DNA of 31,838 bases from a virus (taxonomy: Duplodnaviria > Caudoviricetes), in the IMG/VR virus record IMGVR_UViG_3300025066_000099, positions 1 through 31,838 of that record. One strand, 5' to 3'. Position numbers and translations under genes: made by a program. Below, one piece after another: positions 27,082 to 31,838 of this stretch. The notes beneath the pieces are model-generated. The model did not search any database. It was not told the origin of the DNA and was given only the letters and a program-made list of their open reading frames with translations. Every line of letters starts with the position of its first letter. The stretch's first letter is position 1.

Positions 27082-27372
27082 CTAAACACCTTTAAATGTT
27101 ACTTTCTTTTTAATACCTACCATTTCCTCATATTTCCGTCGTTTCTCCATATATCGGGCATATTGTGACCGAATTTCAGGTTTATTCTTTGCTATTTCAC
27201 TTATATCCGTATCTGAATAACCATCCATTGAGTGTAATGATTGGTATTCTTGAGAAGCTCTCAATAGTCCTTGTAACTCATGGTTAGGCGTATGTTTAAT
27301 TTCATTCCAACTCATCCCTAAATCTTTCATTAGGGGTATATATAACAATACCGCATCAGGCGATTCTAGCAT
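27082..27372 (-). CDS. Tail assembly chaperone, downstream (gpT-like) ORF
   Basis: Lies between the chaperone and tape measure; LMKDLGMSWNEI pattern; in the -1 frame relative to the upstream ORF. Confidence 0.7.
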   Translation of the reverse strand: MLESPDAVLLYIPLMKDLGMSWNEIKHTPNHELQGLLRASQEYQSLHSMDGYSDTDISEIAKNKPEIRSQYARYMEKRRKYEEMVGIKKKVTFKGV

Positions 27373-27734
27373 CAGTCGCGAAAATTTTCTTTCGCTTCTT
27401 CCTCAACGCCTAGTATTGAATTAGATATGGCATATCTAAGTGTTGTTGGTAAAAGTGCCCATTGTTCAGTACTGATTACTGGACCGTCTGGTTGCTTTTC
27501 ATTAGCCTTTTCTAACATCTTTACCACTCTGTTAGAGCCTATTTCTTGATATATAGCCATTTTTTCTTCTTCCGGCATATCATCAGTTACACCAGTGAAT
27601 TTTGGCTCTTCTTTTTCTGTTAGTTCACAAAATTGAAACTGAACTAACTTATTTCTATATTCTACTTCGCTTTTTTGCACCTCATCAGTGAGTGCTACTA
27701 ATTCGTCCATTGACCAAATTTTCTTTTCTGTCAT
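27372..27734 (-). CDS. Tail assembly chaperone (gpG-like)
   Basis: Acidic 120-aa ORF between tail tube and tape measure; GGAGAT RBS; ends at a slippery site. Confidence 0.75.
   Translation of the reverse strand: MTEKKIWSMDELVALTDEVQKSEVEYRNKLVQFQFCELTEKEEPKFTGVTDDMPEEEKMAIYQEIGSNRVVKMLEKANEKQPDGPVISTEQWALLPTTLRYAISNSILGVEEEAKENFRD
27381..27387 (-). other. Candidate -1 ribosomal frameshift slippery site A AAU UUU
   Basis: GAA AAT TTT CGC GAC TGA: an in-phase X XXY YYZ heptamer; a -1 slip reads ENFSRLMLES... into the next ORF. Confidence 0.7.
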
Positions 27735-27750
27735 TATTATATCTCCTGAA

Positions 27751-27766
27751 GGGGACTCAAGTCCCC
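27751..27766 (-). promoter_or_regulatory. GC-rich intergenic hairpin
   Basis: GGGGAC-tcaa-GTCCCC between tail tube 2 and the chaperone RBS. Confidence 0.5.
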
Positions 27767-27784
27767 CTCAAATTATTTTAAACC

Positions 27785-28381
27785 TTAAATATTTCCACTA
27801 CCGATAGCAGTACCATACTTAGTGCTTTTATACACTGGTTCAATATACGTCATTAACTCTAATGTTTCGTCCATTGTACCGTCTGTATTTACAGTTACAG
27901 TATGGCTTTGTACACAACATCCCATCAAAGTTACTATTTCTGAAGTAGCATTCCTTGTCTGTGGATTTATGGTTAAGAATATTCTATAACCGTGTGTTGA
28001 TGTTGGTTGTTCTAAACCTGACCATGCTTCATTACTGCCAGAAATACCATATCTTATATCATTAAAGATTACATCCCATTCATTGTCCGTCTTTTTACGA
28101 GTAAAAGTAATGGTTGTTTCTTTCTTGATTTCAGCTTTTGTTTGAGAACGCATACCAAAGTATGAAATATCTTCATCCATAGCTCCAATACTTAATTCTA
28201 CACTTGTCATTTGATGCCAGCTGCCTGAAGCACCTACTGGTGAACTAGTGTCTAATGGGTCAGCGAATCCTGTAGTTGCATCAGCAGTAGCAAACGTTCC
28301 ATTTGCTGCTGTTTGAAGTCCATATGTTTGATTTTCCGCAGAACATGTTATGCTTACGTCTTTACCTAAGAAAAAAGCCAT
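27785..28381 (-). CDS. Tail tube (major tail) protein, paralog 2
   Basis: Position before the chaperones; beta-rich; clear motif-level similarity to the upstream gene. Confidence 0.7.
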   Translation of the reverse strand: MAFFLGKDVSITCSAENQTYGLQTAANGTFATADATTGFADPLDTSSPVGASGSWHQMTSVELSIGAMDEDISYFGMRSQTKAEIKKETTITFTRKKTDNEWDVIFNDIRYGISGSNEAWSGLEQPTSTHGYRIFLTINPQTRNATSEIVTLMGCCVQSHTVTVNTDGTMDETLELMTYIEPVYKSTKYGTAIGSGNI

Positions 28382-28385
28382 ATTA

Positions 28386-29162
28386 TCAGAGCTCCACTAT
28401 AGGTGTTCGAGTAATATCAAACCCTGTTGGTACACTATTTGCTGTAGTGTTAGTAGGTGTTTTAGTTGTTGGATTTACAGAACTTGTGAATTCTATTGTT
28501 TCCTCTGTTACACCATCTGCGTTAAGGGATACTGTGTATCCAGTCACTGCGGCATTTCTTAGGGTAAAAATTTCACCCGGATTAGCTGAACCATCTGGCA
28601 CATTACCTATTACTAGATGTACTCTATATCCATAGATACAATCTGTGGCTGAACCTGATTCAACAGTATCATACATCCAAGTATTACCGTCGTTAATATA
28701 ATATTTATTTGCTGTCGTGTCTCCGAAAACACCAAATCTTGCACCTTGGCGATGGTCATCTTGACCGCCGGTGCCGCCCCAATCTGCCGCTTCTGAAGGA
28801 CCATTGTATATAACTTCCCAAAAAGCATTCTTTTTCTTTTTGGTTACGGTTACAACGGTTTCTTTATGAAGTTCCACTTTTTGCATTATTTGTGGTTTAC
28901 CCATAAAAGGTCCTACATCTTCGTCAGAAATACTTGTTGACAGGTCAATACCTGTCGCATCGCTTATAGAACCACTTAATACAGAAGCATCAGAGGCCAT
29001 CGAAGGTATACAACTACCCGATGTTAGTCCTGAGTCTCTTATAGTAGCCATATTAGATATTACTCCCACTGCTTGAGGGGTACCTGCATCGCTACTACCA
29101 GCATTATGTGCTGATTCTGTGGTGACGTATAAGTCAACATCTCTTCCTAGGAAATATGCCAT
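28386..29162 (-). CDS. Tail tube (major tail) protein, paralog 1
   Basis: MAYFLGRDV...EIFTLRNAAVTGYTVSLNADGVTEETIEF tail-tube-like C-terminal strands; has its own promoter and a strong RBS. Confidence 0.75.
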   Translation of the reverse strand: MAYFLGRDVDLYVTTESAHNAGSSDAGTPQAVGVISNMATIRDSGLTSGSCIPSMASDASVLSGSISDATGIDLSTSISDEDVGPFMGKPQIMQKVELHKETVVTVTKKKKNAFWEVIYNGPSEAADWGGTGGQDDHRQGARFGVFGDTTANKYYINDGNTWMYDTVESGSATDCIYGYRVHLVIGNVPDGSANPGEIFTLRNAAVTGYTVSLNADGVTEETIEFTSSVNPTTKTPTNTTANSVPTGFDITRTPIVEL

Positions 29163-29236
29163 ATTTTTTATTCTCCTTTTTTTTGTCTAGACTTTCAATA
29201 CAGACACTTCACTCGTTACCTTTATTTTAGTTCCAG

Positions 29237-29254
29237 TTACTATATAAAGCTTTT
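29237..29254 (-). promoter_or_regulatory. Archaeal BRE/TATA promoter for the tail tube operon
   Basis: The minus strand reads AAAAGCTTTATATAGTAA, nearly identical to the motif at 318-334. Confidence 0.75.
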
Positions 29255-29256
29255 GC

Positions 29257-31050
29257 TTATCTATCTGCTTGGAATCCTCCATCTCTCCAGTTCGCTACTT
29301 TTTGTCTGCGTGCTATGATAAATGGAGCCATAGATATATTTTGACCTACATCTCCTTGCCATGCACCCACACCACCTTGATTCCAAACACCTAAGAATCT
29401 TTTATTTGGGTTACCTTTGTCATCCCCAAACTGAAATTCTTCAGACATAGATGCTCTCATACCGTGTGGCATTCTATCGTACCATGATTTAGATAAATCA
29501 TTAGCACTAGTAATCAGGCGTTGGAACCATCTTTGCATTGCTGGTTTACCCCCACCTTTATTTAAATTCTTCATAATTTGGTCATATAAATTTTTAGCTA
29601 TTTCGGTAGGAACTAAAGAAACTGTAGAGTTTATACCTCCTACTCTCAAGTCATAAATACCTTGCTCTACATTAAAAGTTGTCCCTGTCATAGCTTCGGC
29701 ATTAATTAATTCTGCCCTACCAGCACCTAATATAGCCTGTCCCAGTGCATCACTATACGCAGTTCCCATTAATTCGGTTGCAGATGTATCTGTACCATAA
29801 AGTTCTTGGTCTAAAGCCCACAGAGCCATAGCATTAGCTAAACTATGGTCAGCTCCACCACTTAGAGCAATTACATCGCCTTGTAATGGTTTTTTAAAAA
29901 AAGGCATAGTAAAACCTTTTAATTTTTTAACCCCTGTTCTCATAATAGATAACCCCACGAAGCCATTAGGCATCATATTTTGATAAACATGGGATACGGC
30001 ATGCTTGGTTAATTTTAATTCTTCAGACATAGCTTCGTTTCGACGACCTCTATCTAAAAATTGTTTTAAAGCTTTCCATTCTTCTTGTTTATAATCAGCT
30101 AAAGCACCTAAAGTAGCTCCTTTATCAGCATTAAGAATCCCACCTCGACGCATTGTAGAATCTAAAACAGTTCTTAAAGCACCAAAAGCCCCAGTTTTAG
30201 AGAAATCCTTTCTAAATCTCTCTTCTTGTTTAGGAGTCATAACACTAACAAAATCTCTAACCATTCTATTTAATCTAGTTGCTACGGACCCTACATGACT
30301 TCTAAGTGCAGAGGTCTCTTTCCCCTTTGGAGGCATCTTTTTTATATTCATCATAGCTTTATCAGATACGCCTTTAGTTTTTGCTCTGGATACTTCCATA
30401 CTACGTACTGTCTCATCGAAATTATTTAAATTAGATGCTAAAAACCTAGCCATTCCTTTATGTTCTTCTAAATGTAAATCAAAACCTTGTGAAGAAAAAC
30501 CGTAACCACGTTGTAACCTTCTATTTACTTCTGCTTCGTAAATATCTTTGGGCATCTTTTTCTGAGCTACTAACTCAGTATCTAACATTTTACTTAAATT
30601 CGCCAACCCTATCTCATCTACTATACGAGAAGGTACAGGAGACCCTATAAGTTCTTGTACTTTAGTCCCTACGTTATTTTCTAAAATTTCTTTAAAATCC
30701 ATAGCCTTTTGTCCAGCGCGGGCTGCACTTTCTTGAGGTGCTACTTGATTAGCTATACCCCATCTTCCCTTAGCCCCATAATAACTACTCATATGGGCTA
30801 GTCTACCTTCACCTAGTCCCATATAAACATTACGCCTTACATCCCAACCATAACCTGTTGCATCAGCCCCATCATCACCCTCATCATTTGGGCCATAAGC
30901 CATATAACCTGTCCCTCTACCAGCAAAATCAGAATCCATATCTAATTTATATTGTTGTGTAAAAGGCATATAAGGAGTATAACCAATAGATACATTTCTT
31001 AAAATCTCTTGCTTATAGAATGGCTCTGCCATTACATATTCATTAGTCAT
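29257..31050 (-). CDS. Hypothetical 597-aa protein in the neck/tail module
   Basis: Long ORF rich in Gly/Ala/Met/Lys; no motif recognised. Confidence 0.7.
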   Translation of the reverse strand: MTNEYVMAEPFYKQEILRNVSIGYTPYMPFTQQYKLDMDSDFAGRGTGYMAYGPNDEGDDGADATGYGWDVRRNVYMGLGEGRLAHMSSYYGAKGRWGIANQVAPQESAARAGQKAMDFKEILENNVGTKVQELIGSPVPSRIVDEIGLANLSKMLDTELVAQKKMPKDIYEAEVNRRLQRGYGFSSQGFDLHLEEHKGMARFLASNLNNFDETVRSMEVSRAKTKGVSDKAMMNIKKMPPKGKETSALRSHVGSVATRLNRMVRDFVSVMTPKQEERFRKDFSKTGAFGALRTVLDSTMRRGGILNADKGATLGALADYKQEEWKALKQFLDRGRRNEAMSEELKLTKHAVSHVYQNMMPNGFVGLSIMRTGVKKLKGFTMPFFKKPLQGDVIALSGGADHSLANAMALWALDQELYGTDTSATELMGTAYSDALGQAILGAGRAELINAEAMTGTTFNVEQGIYDLRVGGINSTVSLVPTEIAKNLYDQIMKNLNKGGGKPAMQRWFQRLITSANDLSKSWYDRMPHGMRASMSEEFQFGDDKGNPNKRFLGVWNQGGVGAWQGDVGQNISMAPFIIARRQKVANWRDGGFQADR

Positions 31051-31051
31051 A

Positions 31052-31627
31052 TTATCTACTATTCTTGAACACTACAACCATACTTGCAGTAGCCATCCAT
31101 AAGTCTAAATCAGGATTATATGCTAAATCTCGGAATCCACTAAACATACGTTGGTCTACTTCAGTTGCGGCAGGTGTTCCCGTAGCTCCTTTAGTAATAT
31201 TTGAAAAATCAAGGTCCATAAGTATATTAGCGCAATTAAGCATGAGATAATTAAGCAACCTTCTCTGTCTATAAGGCTGTGCTACATCTCCCCCTGACGT
31301 AGTATTGGTAACCGTAATAGAGCTTTCACTATCTACCATTATATGTATATTAAAGCCTACTCCATAAAGCTCCCCTCGTGCATCTGTTCCAGCATTGTTT
31401 GTTAATTTCTGGCCCATAAATTGCTGTTCCATCCCATTAGCTACCATTTCGGTTATTATTGATGGGTAATTGACATCGTCTGTTGAAGGGTATTGACCGT
31501 AAACAGTGACATCTGTGTCTGCCCATGCCGTAGCAGTGCTTGTCGCAGTACGGTAAGTGCCTAAACGGAGCTTGTCTATTAGAGCTCGTTCTATGTTGTT
31601 TAGGTGGTCTGGAGGATTAGTTGGCAT
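31052..31627 (-). CDS. Putative tail terminator/completion protein
   Basis: IERALIDKL...VYGQYP...YPSII...FNIHI layout and position upstream of the tail tube; GGAGG RBS. Confidence 0.6.
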   Translation of the reverse strand: MPTNPPDHLNNIERALIDKLRLGTYRTATSTATAWADTDVTVYGQYPSTDDVNYPSIITEMVANGMEQQFMGQKLTNNAGTDARGELYGVGFNIHIMVDSESSITVTNTTSGGDVAQPYRQRRLLNYLMLNCANILMDLDFSNITKGATGTPAATEVDQRMFSGFRDLAYNPDLDLWMATASMVVVFKNSR

Positions 31628-31838
31628 TAGTTGTAAGCCCTCCTACGTGAATCGTTGCGTCCGCGTGTTCGAACACAATCAAAGATAATGTAACCGTCAG
31701 TCATATCTTTCAAGGAATGTACGTGCCATGATACTGATTTGTAATACTCTATATCTTTGACTGTTATTGTATCTGTATTATCTGCTGAAAAATCTATTTG
31801 TAATTTTCTAAAATCTGCTTCATATTGTGCTTCTTCTG
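31627..31838 (-). CDS. 3' end of an upstream gene (possibly a head-tail joining protein), truncated by the window
   Basis: Open frame EEAQYEADFRKLQIDF...FDCVRTRGRNDSRRRAYN* with a TAATG overlap to the next gene. Confidence 0.6.
   Translation of the reverse strand, partial: EEAQYEADFRKLQIDFSADNTDTITVKDIEYYKSVSWHVHSLKDMTDGYIIFDCVRTRGRNDSRRRAYN

Larger units (their letters stand above)
1..31838. mobile_element. Segment of a tailed archaeal virus genome (Caudoviricetes; probably a Marine Group II/Poseidoniales 'magrovirus'-like siphovirus)
   Basis: Tape measure, tail tube and tail chaperone genes together with archaeal-type PolB (PIP box), PriS-PriL primase, aIF-1A, TATA promoters and dense overlapping genes. 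No tail sheath gene is seen. The host assignment is inference. Confidence 0.85.

Noticed and set aside
16431-29162. Frequent Ser-Gly dipeptides in tail proteins as possible glycosylation sequons for the viral GT4
   Set aside because: About 22 in the 1666-aa protein is only modestly above what its Ser/Gly richness predicts, and the RNR also has several. It needs a proper statistical test.
18492-31250. Short + strand ORFs within the tail module (18492, 20268, 23184, 25037, 26018, 28303, 28350, 31065)
   Set aside because: They are antisense shadows of long structural genes, with no independent support.
1-31838. CRISPR arrays, tRNA genes, DGR/reverse transcriptase, integrase
   Set aside because: Intergenic gaps are under about 100 nt, and no repeat-spacer pattern, cloverleaf, RT or recombinase motifs were seen.

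Overview
Fragment of an AT-rich, tailed dsDNA virus of archaea with siphovirus-like tail genes. By inference it most resembles the 'magroviruses' of Marine Group II/Poseidoniales. Archaeal signals are TATA-box promoters, GGAG/GGTGA-type ribosome-binding sites, aIF-1A, a PolB with a PCNA-binding (PIP) box and a PriS-PriL fused primase. Two gene blocks converge and overlap at 15398-15401. The + strand block (1-15401) covers host takeover, replication and nucleotide metabolism: several unannotated Cys/zinc-finger microproteins, a stand-alone WYL domain, Hsp20, a gp32-like SSB, an AAA+/MCM-like ATPase, aIF-1A, MazG, PolB, an HNH-type endonuclease, an Sm/Hfq-like protein behind a structured leader, a GT4 glycosyltransferase, a degenerate HAD, primase and a class II ribonucleotide reductase. 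The - strand block (15398-31838) covers the tail: terminator, two paralogous tail-tube genes, a tail chaperone pair with a -1 frameshift site, tape measure, large adhesin-like tail proteins and a hub. The most notable signals are two promoters that each open with an Sm-fold protein next to a structured element, a viral aIF-1A, apparent GATC avoidance, non-canonical catalytic motifs in four enzymes, and duplicated tail tubes. All calls come from reading motifs by eye; no database searches were run.
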